Shown in pieces: positions 1 through 9,983 of a DNA stretch of 64,000 bases (within the stretch, counting starts at the first letter, position 1; each line of letters starts with the position of its first letter). This stretch comes from Gammaproteobacteria bacterium (GTDB lineage: Bacteria > Pseudomonadota > Gammaproteobacteria > DAOVJZ01). The notes under the pieces are model-generated. The model was not told the DNA's origin and did not search any database. It was given only the letters and a program-made list of their open reading frames with translations. The stretch lies in contig JAOUJV010000001.1 of the NCBI GenBank assembly GCA_029882995.1, forward strand, positions 11,668 to 75,667, written 5' to 3'. The position numbers and the translations under genes were made by a program.

Positions 1-162
1 AATCAGTCTTATCCCCCGTTCGTCCTGAGTTTTATCGAAGGACGGACGGGTATCTCATCCAGTTAACACTTGTCAGGAAATAAATACCCGTCATTCCGGC
101 TTATGAACCGGAATCTCGCACAGATTTCTTTGTTGTGCCAATTAAAAACAGGAATCTTATAA

Positions 163-217
163 CTTAAAATCCCTCGGTGGCAACACCGTGCCGGTTCAAA
201 TCCGGCTCTAGGCACCA
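163..217 (+). tRNA. tRNA-Leu(UAA)-like 3' portion (anticodon loop cttaaaa, long variable arm, T-arm, acceptor 3' strand, CCA); the matching 5' half is not in the window
   Basis: Sequence cttaaaatccctcggtggcaacaccgtgccggttcaaatccggctctaggcacca has a TAA anticodon loop, a class II variable stem-loop, a GGTTCAAATCC T-arm and CCA. The 5' acceptor strand (gcctaga) is not found in nt 1-162. Upstream nt 1-160 contain stable hairpins. Confidence 0.5.
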
Positions 218-423
218 TTTAAAACCAATGAGTTACGATTGGTTTTTCAATTCTAAATATCCCCTAATAAGCACTAAAAATTTCTATGTAGGCCTATAGT
301 AGTCAGGTAGAATAAAAAATATCTTGCTTTGTCATATTCTCTATATACACCCTTTATTTATGGTAATCTCAATTAGAATTTAATAAACCACACTCATTCT
401 GTTTTTAAAGCAAGATTTTATAT

Positions 424-3309
424 ATGAACAATAAGCACTTAAATAGAATCACTATTTCCCTAGTGAAATCCAAAAAAGCAAGAAATTTACTCAGAGGGAT
501 GATAGGCGAAACTGAACATTACAAAGTAAAAAATACGCTTAGAAAAATAAAAAATAATTGTTCATCTATCGAATATAAGAAGTCAATAGAGGTCATTAGG
601 GCGGCGGAATTATTTGAACACAACTCTGTTTCCAGAGATTTTAATAAAGTATGCCCAAATACCTTGCCTGATTTAATGAGATTTACTGAAAATGAAATCA
701 TAGACAAAATCAACTCCCAAGAGGATCGAATAAACAAATTGCTTCACTTATATCGAGACTTGTTAGTTTCGATACAGGAAATGAAGATTCGCGATTCATT
801 AAAATTATGCCGATCAATTATTGAGCATAAAGGTGTTTCATGCTGCTTAATTAGAATTCTGTTTTATATTAAAAATCACGCGGACGATTATGATGATTAC
901 GATGATGCGCAAGAAGGTGTGGAAGATATTTTTCGCAAAATAGAGATGAGTAACATTGGTTATTTAGATAACGCAATAAAGGAGTTAAGTAATTCAAGGA
1001 CGGATTATTTTAACATATGTAAAAAAATAAATGGAGATCAAAACAAAACCCCTTTGAATCTTATTGCAAGAGATTTTATTTCTCACGTCACAAGCGATGA
1101 GATCGTTTTCTTGAACACATTAAACGCATACTATACGTTTTCATTGCTAGACTCTTTTCTTTATATTTCTAGTGTAAATAGATTAAAGTTACCCTTAACA
1201 AAGGGTGTGAAAAACATCAAATCAAGCTTGATGGATTCGTTTTATTCGCTAAGCAATATTAAAGTTAATACTAAATTGTATTTGAATGAATATTATGATG
1301 ATTTGGATATCAATTTATTCAGAGAAAGTTTCTTATTGATAGAGCTTGACGAGCTATTTAAATATAAAACCATTCACGGAGCCCTTTATAACACTAGTGA
1401 AAAAAAGGAAGATGTAAGATTACCCGTTGAAAAGCGATTATTGAGTGATTATTTTGAGAGTATTAAGTCGCTATCTGACCTGCGCAATCATGAAAACGGG
1501 GGTAACGGAATCAGCATGGATAAATACGATTCGGAAAAGTGTAGTCACTTCGAAAACTCGAGCGCTTTATTGTACTACATAGAAAAAAATGACGCTAATA
1601 TTTCTGGTGAGGAGAAAATATTTATAGAGTTAATGTCATACACTAGAGATATCGGATATACCTGCCCAAGCCATTACATTAAGAAAATTCAACACAATGC
1701 AGATAGTGATGAGCTTAGGTTAGTTCTGGCGTGTTTGATATCTATAAAAGACAAAAGCCAGATCGCCGATCATGAATTAAGAAGGGTAATGCAAAAATTA
1801 GCCACATCAAAGTTCGATTCAAAGATTAAATATCTTGTTAGGTATCTTTATGATATCTCCCCCTCCGTAACTCACCACTTGATGCAAGTGTGTGATGAAA
1901 CATTTCTGAGTAAGCTTTTTCATTTAACAGAAAAGCCAAACAAGGCAATTGAAGACAGGGCCGACATGCTAGAATGGTATGGGGAACAAATCAAAGATCT
2001 CTCCTACATTGAGAGAGCCAAAAACCTAAGAATTGATGTTCAAATAAATAAAGAAAAAGGAATGATTGACGACTCAAGGATTTATGTTGACCCCCTTAAG
2101 TTTACTCAGTGGATTAATGATAACATCCTCAATGATATTACTCTTCTTCTGGAGGCAAAAGAAAATAAAAACGAATTCACTGCGCAACCTCTTGACTGGA
2201 GAAAAGTACAAAACGGAATATCGAACGATGAGCAAATAGCCTCATTATTATTAAAGTGCTATTCGGAATTTTGTAACAACAAACTTTTTGGAATAGCTTC
2301 ATATCTTGGTCGGCGCATACGCCATGGTACATTTAAAGGGACAGCATTAAAGGAAGTAAAGGACTTTTCTTCAAACAAAAAATATGAGGATATTTTCAAT
2401 GACCGTGATCTTTCGGATTGTTATAATGACTGGTTAAAATGTTACGAGAACATGTTGGAGGAATTAAAGAAATCTTATTTGCATATAAAAAGCAAAAAAA
2501 AGCCACTAGGCCTGATTCATTCCAATATAGGCACCACCTCAAAAAATATAATTGCAAATCATATGCTTCATGATATTTTGAAATCATATAATAAAAACGG
2601 AACCTCCTTGGAGGTGCCGTACCTTGTAACAGAATATTGCTGGAGATTTATTGAGGAAGATTTAGCGAATATCAGAAAGCGTCTTATGGAGTATAAGTCA
2701 AAACATGCTGTGTTTGGATTCAGACTTAATTATTCAAGACTGCTAAAAAGAAAGCATATTAACGAATTCTGCCAAGAATTGAATTCTGTAACAGCTGAAA
2801 AATTTAGAACAATATCTTCTTGGTTTAATAAGCCCTCTATTGCATCACCTTCAGCCAATCTCACCTTATTATTTAAGGCAGTAATATCTGAGATAAAAGG
2901 ATTTTTTACACTATTTGAGCCTACAATCATACACAAGGAAAGTGATTTTAATATTAGTGGCGGCCTTTATTTTGTTATATATGATGCTTTATATATATTG
3001 ATTTATAATGCCGCAAAATATGGCAAAGAGAATAGTGAGCTTGAATTCAAGGTTATACCCCATAGTGAACACCAAGTGATTAATATTTCAATAACGTCTG
3101 AAGCAAAAAATAGTAAAAGTTTAGCTGAATCTAAGCGTTTGATAAATGCGGCCTTAAACGCTGATTTTGAAAACGCCCACATAGAAGAGGGTAAAAGCGG
3201 AATAAAGAAATTAAGAAGAATGGCGAATGATCAATATATTAGCAATGTGAGATATACTTTCCCTTCTAACAAAATAACTGCCTCATTTGACTTTAGCGTG
3301 GAATTTTAG
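424..3309 (+). CDS. Large cytoplasmic sensor protein with C-terminal histidine-kinase-like ATPase domain (N-box-like IYNAAKYG); Detocs DtcA-like
   Basis: 961 aa ORF with no TM segments and AT-rich codon usage. The C-terminus has HATPase_c-like motifs. Its stop lies 2 nt before a receiver-only gene. Confidence 0.6.
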   Translation: MNNKHLNRITISLVKSKKARNLLRGMIGETEHYKVKNTLRKIKNNCSSIEYKKSIEVIRAAELFEHNSVSRDFNKVCPNTLPDLMRFTENEIIDKINSQEDRINKLLHLYRDLLVSIQEMKIRDSLKLCRSIIEHKGVSCCLIRILFYIKNHADDYDDYDDAQEGVEDIFRKIEMSNIGYLDNAIKELSNSRTDYFNICKKINGDQNKTPLNLIARDFISHVTSDEIVFLNTLNAYYTFSLLDSFLYISSVNRLKLPLTKGVKNIKSSLMDSFYSLSNIKVNTKLYLNEYYDDLDINLFRESFLLIELDELFKYKTIHGALYNTSEKKEDVRLPVEKRLLSDYFESIKSLSDLRNHENGGNGISMDKYDSEKCSHFENSSALLYYIEKNDANISGEEKIFIELMSYTRDIGYTCPSHYIKKIQHNADSDELRLVLACLISIKDKSQIADHELRRVMQKLATSKFDSKIKYLVRYLYDISPSVTHHLMQVCDETFLSKLFHLTEKPNKAIEDRADMLEWYGEQIKDLSYIERAKNLRIDVQINKEKGMIDDSRIYVDPLKFTQWINDNILNDITLLLEAKENKNEFTAQPLDWRKVQNGISNDEQIASLLLKCYSEFCNNKLFGIASYLGRRIRHGTFKGTALKEVKDFSSNKKYEDIFNDRDLSDCYNDWLKCYENMLEELKKSYLHIKSKKKPLGLIHSNIGTTSKNIIANHMLHDILKSYNKNGTSLEVPYLVTEYCWRFIEEDLANIRKRLMEYKSKHAVFGFRLNYSRLLKRKHINEFCQELNSVTAEKFRTISSWFNKPSIASPSANLTLLFKAVISEIKGFFTLFEPTIIHKESDFNISGGLYFVIYDALYILIYNAAKYGKENSELEFKVIPHSEHQVINISITSEAKNSKSLAESKRLINAALNADFENAHIEEGKSGIKKLRRMANDQYISNVRYTFPSNKITASFDFSVEF

Positions 3310-3311
3310 AT

Positions 3312-3758
3312 ATGAATATACTTGTTGTTGAAGATGATTCGTTTAAATTTTCAAAAATAGAGACTCTTATTGAAAACACTTTGGGTAAAGTGAAAATAAC
3401 AAGGTTCGATAATATTCATGACACTGTTATTTATTTCGAGTCCAACATCCCGGACAAAATAATTTTGGATATGTCACTACCTAGTCATGCAGCCAAAGTG
3501 GGCGAGGGAAGCCCCTTGTCAATGCCTGCTGGAGGGATTGAAATTATACTTGAGTTAAAAAGTCTAAACATGATAGATATACCGATTCTAATACTAACCC
3601 AATACCCTGAAATTGAAATTGAAAATGAATACTATTCTATAGACGAGTCTGGGATTGAAATTAAAAATATTTACGGCATAAATAATCTGGCCGTTGTTCT
3701 TTATGAGAATGATTCATCTGACTGGAAGGATGAAGCTGTTGATTTTTTGAGGTTATAA
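3312..3758 (+). CDS. Stand-alone receiver (REC) domain protein; Detocs DtcB-like buffer
   Basis: 148 aa. N-terminus ILVVEDD and phospho-acceptor context ILDMSLP are typical of CheY-like receivers. There is no output domain. Confidence 0.6.
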   Translation: MNILVVEDDSFKFSKIETLIENTLGKVKITRFDNIHDTVIYFESNIPDKIILDMSLPSHAAKVGEGSPLSMPAGGIEIILELKSLNMIDIPILILTQYPEIEIENEYYSIDESGIEIKNIYGINNLAVVLYENDSSDWKDEAVDFLRL

Positions 3759-4928
3759 ATGAATATTTTATTAATTGAAGATCAAGAAAATAAAATCACT
3801 CTGGTTGAAGAGTTGATACGTGACAATGTTGAAGGCGATCAGTGTGTAATAATAAAAGCGAAATGTTTGGAGCAAGCGAGAAGAGAGATAATAGGAAAAT
3901 CCTTTGATCTTATTATTTTTGATATCTACCTCCCTTTGACGCCCGAGACTAACTCTGAAGTTGTTGATATATCGTTAGACATTATTAACGAATTTTCACA
4001 GAGCGCCAATAACTACCAAGCTGAAACTATAGCAATAACACAATACGATATTGAAGATATCGACAATATGGCCCTTTTTAATCAAGCAGGAGTTCCTGTT
4101 GTCCATTTTTCAGAGGAAGATGAAAAATGGAAAGACCCCCTTAGATTAAAGATAAAAAAAATCACTGATAGAGTGAAGTATGATTTTTTAATTTTTTGCG
4201 CTTTAAGCAAAGAGCGTTTAGCATTTTCAAATACAAATGCAGAAATGGGAGTGTTGAGAACAATGTATGGCCTTAACTGCCAAGATATAAAAATTGGAGG
4301 CTGCAATGGATTATGTATCACTCCGAACAATATGGGTCTCATTAATATGGCTATTTCAGCCTCAAAAGCAATAGAACACTTTCAACCAAAGATCGTTTCC
4401 ATGAGCGGAATTTGTGCCGGAGTTGAAGGAGAGGCAAATTTATTGGACGTAATCATTGGTGATCTTTGCTGGGAATATCAGACAGGAAAATTCAAAGATA
4501 ATGAATTTAAGCAAGAACCATATCAATCACCGATTGACGGCCGTATTAAAGTAGAGCTTGAGCAACTATGTGAGTCTGCTGAGATGCTGAACAATATTAA
4601 GAGAGGACTTTTTGAAACGGAGTTAAAAGACTCCAAGGTGTTTCTAGGTCCAATATCATCTGGTTCCGCCGTAATAGCCGATGCGAAAAAGATGGCAGAA
4701 ATAGGATTGCAACATCGAAAAATGGCCGGCCTTGAAATGGAAATGTATTCTTTATATGAGGCAGCAAGACAATCATTGTGTAGGCCTTTGTATTTTGGTG
4801 CTAAGACTGTTGTCGATTTAGGTAATACTATAAAAGGGGACACCCTTCATTCTACAGGTTCAACCCTTTCTGCAAGGCTAGTAACACATTATTTAGAATC
4901 TAAGTTGCCTGTTTTAAATATGGATTAA
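3759..4928 (+). CDS. Receiver domain fused to PNP_UDP_1 (purine nucleoside phosphorylase / MTA-nucleosidase-like) domain; Detocs DtcC-like effector
   Basis: 389 aa. N-terminus has ILLIEDQ ... DLIIFDIYLP (REC). The C-terminal half has GICAGVEGEANLLDVIIGD and AGLEMEMYSLYEAA, resembling the Pfs/PNP catalytic (v)EME motif. The start codon abuts the previous stop (taa-atg). Confidence 0.6.
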   Translation: MNILLIEDQENKITLVEELIRDNVEGDQCVIIKAKCLEQARREIIGKSFDLIIFDIYLPLTPETNSEVVDISLDIINEFSQSANNYQAETIAITQYDIEDIDNMALFNQAGVPVVHFSEEDEKWKDPLRLKIKKITDRVKYDFLIFCALSKERLAFSNTNAEMGVLRTMYGLNCQDIKIGGCNGLCITPNNMGLINMAISASKAIEHFQPKIVSMSGICAGVEGEANLLDVIIGDLCWEYQTGKFKDNEFKQEPYQSPIDGRIKVELEQLCESAEMLNNIKRGLFETELKDSKVFLGPISSGSAVIADAKKMAEIGLQHRKMAGLEMEMYSLYEAARQSLCRPLYFGAKTVVDLGNTIKGDTLHSTGSTLSARLVTHYLESKLPVLNMD

Positions 4929-4973
4929 CGAATATTTGAGCCCAGAGTAAACCTCGAATTTCATTAACCAAAC

Positions 4974-5432
4974 TCAACCAAACTTCTTATCCGCACTCAA
5001 TCCTGCCAGTCTTGTATGCAGTTCTTCATACATTGCCATTAACTGTTGTCCTATTTCCTGTTCGGACGTGCCAAGCAGTTTGTTCATTTCATAAAATTCA
5101 ACGGTGTCTTTGCGAAAGGATTTCATGAGCGGTGAGTCCCTGTTTTCGTGGTATAGCTTCATGCGTTCACGCACTTCTTCAAACGGCATCTCTGGTGGGC
5201 CAATATAGATCAATTCGCCGTAGGCCATTGCACGACTGCCGTTGCCTTCGACATTTGGCCCAATACGCTTGCCTTCGGCTCCGGGCATGAATTTTGACTG
5301 ACTGCTGATGGTGATTGTGTCCGTGTGCGGCAATTTCTCACCGCTGGTGTGGTGTGATTTGTCCGGCGGTGTTTGCGGATTGGTGACCGGATCGTAGGCG
5401 GCAGGTGGTTTTATGGCATTTATGCTCATCAA
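4974..5432 (-). CDS. hypothetical protein
   Basis: 152 aa ORF with normal GC content and no recognizable motif. Confidence 0.4.
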   Translation of the reverse strand: MMSINAIKPPAAYDPVTNPQTPPDKSHHTSGEKLPHTDTITISSQSKFMPGAEGKRIGPNVEGNGSRAMAYGELIYIGPPEMPFEEVRERMKLYHENRDSPLMKSFRKDTVEFYEMNKLLGTSEQEIGQQLMAMYEELHTRLAGLSADKKFG

Positions 5433-5487
5433 ATATCCCTCTGTGGCGGGTTATTTGTATTAAGCATTATTTATGCTAATAAGACTA

Positions 5488-5531
5488 AAAGACCTCAGAG
5501 CAATCGTTTTTAATCACTCTGAGGTCTTTGG
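5488..5531 (-). terminator. Rho-independent terminator hairpin (aaagacctcagag ... ctctgaggtcttt)
   Basis: Perfect 13 bp inverted repeat immediately downstream of the minus-strand ORF 5540-5749. Confidence 0.5.
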
Positions 5532-5539
5532 TATGGCGG

Positions 5540-5749
5540 TTAGTTCATGCGGTGCAAGCCCGGCAAACGGATGAGGTAGGTTGTCCAGTAGGGAATGCTT
5601 GCATTGCCGTCCACCGAACGCAGCATCAGACCTTCGCGTTCTCCATGGACTTCCCAAACATTCTCGTTTTCGTCGATCCAGTGTTCATGTATATTCGCTT
5701 CGCCATTGGTAAGTACTTCAGCAATACTGCCTTTAATAGAATGTGACAT
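5540..5749 (-). CDS. small hypothetical protein
   Basis: 69 aa ORF followed by the terminator hairpin. Confidence 0.35.
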   Translation of the reverse strand: MSHSIKGSIAEVLTNGEANIHEHWIDENENVWEVHGEREGLMLRSVDGNASIPYWTTYLIRLPGLHRMN

Positions 5750-6003
5750 GTCGTTTACCTCCCACAGTAAATTTCAATAGCATTCTGATTTGTTCCCACT
5801 CTTCCAGTATAGATCACATCATTTGTCATTCGTGAGCTATGTTGTGCTAATAACGGCGTATTTTATGAGGTTATATTGCCGGAAAAGAAGGCGGGGTTAT
5901 GTTCGGGCTTTCCGGGTTTTTATCTGGGCATTCTGTGTTTCAGGTGCGTATTTTGTCTGTAAAGTGAGCTATAAACCCTGCTTGAAAAGGGTATACTAGC
6001 CAG

Positions 6004-6633
6004 ATGAAAAATACATTCTTATTCAAGCTGTTTCTCGTGTTTGTTTCGTATGCCCTGGTGTTTTCTGCCCATGGAAATTCCGATATCGGGCGGTTGAATC
6101 AGTTGTTGTCCGGCATTACCACGCTGGAATCGACTTTCAAGCAGCTTTTGCTGGATGAGAAAGGGGAAACCATTCAGGAATCGTCCGGCATATTTCAGTT
6201 ACAGCGCCCGGGCAAGTTTCGCTGGGATTACACCAAGCCTTATGAACAGCTCATTATCGCTGATGGCCGCAAGCTGTGGGTTTATGACGCCGATCTGGAA
6301 CAGGTGACAGTCAAGAAACAGGAAACCGCATTGGGCAATACACCGGCGCTGTTGTTAACGAGCAGTCGTGATGTGGAAAAGGATTTTAATGTGCAAGGCA
6401 AGGGCATACAGGAAGGGCTGGAGTGGTTTGAACTAAAACCCAAAGACAAGGAAAGCAGTTTTATTAAAATCAATCTTGCCTTTGGTCAAAACAAGCTCAA
6501 GCAAATGGAGCTGATAGACGGCTTTGGGCAAACCACCCGATTAACGTTTGATGGGATTGTGGTTAATAAAAGTATCGCTTCCGGCCAGTTTGTTTTTAAT
6601 CCACCACGCGGTGTTGACGTTATTAAAGACTAA
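6004..6633 (+). CDS. lolA: Outer-membrane lipoprotein carrier protein LolA
   Basis: 209 aa with a signal peptide and LolA-like sequence. It lies in the conserved lolA-rarA-serS order. Confidence 0.8.
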   Translation: MKNTFLFKLFLVFVSYALVFSAHGNSDIGRLNQLLSGITTLESTFKQLLLDEKGETIQESSGIFQLQRPGKFRWDYTKPYEQLIIADGRKLWVYDADLEQVTVKKQETALGNTPALLLTSSRDVEKDFNVQGKGIQEGLEWFELKPKDKESSFIKINLAFGQNKLKQMELIDGFGQTTRLTFDGIVVNKSIASGQFVFNPPRGVDVIKD

Positions 6634-6638
6634 TCATC

Positions 6639-7967
6639 ATGACAACACAGGCTGATATTTTTGAATCAGAAGTGGTCGCCGAACGACCATTGGCCGATCG
6701 GATGCGTCCGCAAACCGTAGACGAGGTTTTTGGTCAGCAACATTTACTGGCGCAAGACAAACCACTGCGCAAGGCGATTGAGTCCGGTCATTTGCATTCC
6801 ATGATCTTCTGGGGCCCGCCGGGCACCGGCAAGACCACGATGGCGCGTTTGATCGCCCACTCTTCAGATGCTCAGTTCTTAAGTTTGTCTGCTGTTTTTT
6901 CCGGTGTGAAGGATATTCGTGAGGCGATCAGTACCGCCAAAAGTACGCGTGCCGAGTTTGGTAAGGACACGGTGCTGTTTGTCGATGAGGTGCATCGTTT
7001 TAACAAATCACAGCAAGACGGGTTTTTGCCCTACATAGAAGACGGCACCATTATTTTTATTGGTGCGACCACCGAGAACCCGTCGTTTGAATTAAATAAT
7101 GCCTTGTTATCCCGTGCGCGGGTTTATGTCTTGCGCAGTCTCAGTGACGAGGATATGCAGCACGTCATTAAAACGGCATTGGTTTCAGAAAAAGGGTTAG
7201 CAGAACGCGGCCTGATGATTGAAGAGGCGGCTTGTACATTATTGGCGCAGGCGGCGGATGGCGATGCGAGACGGGCGTTAAACCTGCTCGAAATCGCGGC
7301 GGATTTATCTGAACAAAGCCAGATCACCGAATCGGCGATTAAGGAAGTGGTGGCCGGTGGTGTCTTGCGCCGTTTCGATAAAGGCGGCGAGGCCTTTTAT
7401 GATCAGATATCGGCATTGCATAAATCGGTACGTGGCTCGGATCCGGATGCGGCGTTGTATTGGTTATGCCGGATGATCGATGGCGGGTGTGACCCCTTGT
7501 ATATTGCCCGACGGGTAGTACGCATGGCTTCAGAGGATATTGGTAATGCCGACCCGCGCGGCCTGCAACTCGCGCTTGATGCATGGGAAGTACAGGAACG
7601 GCTCGGCAGTCCGGAAGGGGAGCTGGCGATTGCACAGGCGGTGGTTTATCTGGCCAGTGCACCCAAGAGTAATGCGGTATACAAGGCCTTTAATCAGGCC
7701 ATGGCGGCAGCAAAGTCATCCGGCTCGCTGGAAGTGCCTCTGCATCTTCGCAATGCCCCGACCCGGCTCATGAAAGAGCTCGATTATGGCAAGGAATACC
7801 GTTATGCCCATGATGAACCCGAGGGATATGCCGCCGGTGAAAATTATTTTCCAGAAGAGATGAAACAGCCGCATAATTACTATCAGCCTGTTGATAGAGG
7901 GCTGGAGCAAAGGATCGCAGCCCGACTTCAATATCTGCGTGAGCTGGACAAAAAACAGGGTCGCTGA
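6639..7967 (+). CDS. rarA: Replication-associated recombination protein A (AAA+ ATPase RarA/MgsA)
   Basis: Walker A FWGPPGTGKTT and Walker B VLFVDEVHRFNK. 442 aa. Confidence 0.9.
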   Translation: MTTQADIFESEVVAERPLADRMRPQTVDEVFGQQHLLAQDKPLRKAIESGHLHSMIFWGPPGTGKTTMARLIAHSSDAQFLSLSAVFSGVKDIREAISTAKSTRAEFGKDTVLFVDEVHRFNKSQQDGFLPYIEDGTIIFIGATTENPSFELNNALLSRARVYVLRSLSDEDMQHVIKTALVSEKGLAERGLMIEEAACTLLAQAADGDARRALNLLEIAADLSEQSQITESAIKEVVAGGVLRRFDKGGEAFYDQISALHKSVRGSDPDAALYWLCRMIDGGCDPLYIARRVVRMASEDIGNADPRGLQLALDAWEVQERLGSPEGELAIAQAVVYLASAPKSNAVYKAFNQAMAAAKSSGSLEVPLHLRNAPTRLMKELDYGKEYRYAHDEPEGYAAGENYFPEEMKQPHNYYQPVDRGLEQRIAARLQYLRELDKKQGR

Positions 7968-8002
7968 TAAAATTTAACCCATTGTATTTTAAGGTAAAAT
8001 AA

Positions 8003-8377
8003 TTGAATCAAATTTTGGTAATTGCAGCGGGTGGGGCACTGGGTGCCCTGTTTCGTTTCTGGGTATCGGGAATGACCTACGCTGCATTTGGTCGTGATTT
8101 TCCTTATGGTACTTTGATGGTGAATGTCACCGGCAGTCTTTTGATTGGTTTGTTTTATGTGTTGTTGATTGAAAAACTGCCGGACACACATCTGTTGAGA
8201 ATGTTTGTTTTGATTGGCGTACTGGGTGCATTTACCACCTTCTCAACATTTACAATGGAAACATTTACCTTGTTTGAACAAGGCGCCTATATAAAGGTGG
8301 TTGCAAATATTTTTGCCAGCGTCAGTCTTTGTTTGATTGCCACCTGGTTTGGTGTTGTCGTGGGGAGACAGTTATGA
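8003..8377 (+). CDS. crcB: Fluoride ion channel CrcB/FluC
   Basis: 124 aa, four TM helices, N-terminus MNQILVIAAGGALGALFRFWVSG typical of CrcB. Confidence 0.8.
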   Translation: MNQILVIAAGGALGALFRFWVSGMTYAAFGRDFPYGTLMVNVTGSLLIGLFYVLLIEKLPDTHLLRMFVLIGVLGAFTTFSTFTMETFTLFEQGAYIKVVANIFASVSLCLIATWFGVVVGRQL

Positions 8378-8679
8378 ATAAAGCCGAAGTCACCATGGTC
8401 AGGGTTTACCTGACTGAAGCTGAAGCCCATCTTGAAACGCTGATGAAACGATTGCATGACTGGGAAAAAGTACAGGGTGTGACTGTGTTTCGTGGCATCA
8501 GCGGTTTTGGAAAGTCGGGCGATATTCATTCGGCAGCCTTGCTTGATTTGGCCTTTGATTTACCCGTTGTTGTTGAGTTTTTTGATGAACCGGAAAAAGT
8601 GGAAAAAATTCTGGAACATTTAAGCAAGGAAATAGAGCCCGGCCATATTGTGAGCTGGAATGCACAAGTCAATATTTAA
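8374..8679 (+). CDS. DUF190-family protein (commonly co-encoded with crcB)
   Basis: ATG at 8374 overlaps the crcB stop (ATGA). The ~100 aa product starts MNKAEVTMVRVYLTEAEA. The longer 8329 ORF is an out-of-context upstream extension. Confidence 0.5.
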   Translation: MNKAEVTMVRVYLTEAEAHLETLMKRLHDWEKVQGVTVFRGISGFGKSGDIHSAALLDLAFDLPVVVEFFDEPEKVEKILEHLSKEIEPGHIVSWNAQVNI

Positions 8680-8693
8680 TAAAAGTGATTTAA

Positions 8694-9974
<1,281 letters not shown>

Positions 9975-9983
9975 GAGTTTCCT

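Noticed and set aside
424-3309. Annotating the first gene as a canonical two-component histidine kinase
   Set aside because: A clear HisKA H-box and dimerization helix could not be identified by eye. Only the ATPase-like C-terminus is evident, so it is described as kinase-like sensor.
7968-8002. Possible fluoride riboswitch upstream of crcB
   Set aside because: The intergenic space is only ~35 nt and lacks the conserved riboswitch helices.
8329-8373. Upstream extension of the DUF190 ORF (start at 8329, MFDCHLVWCCRGETV...)
   Set aside because: It overlaps 49 nt of crcB and the residues are unconserved. The ATG at 8374 overlapping the crcB stop is the likelier start.
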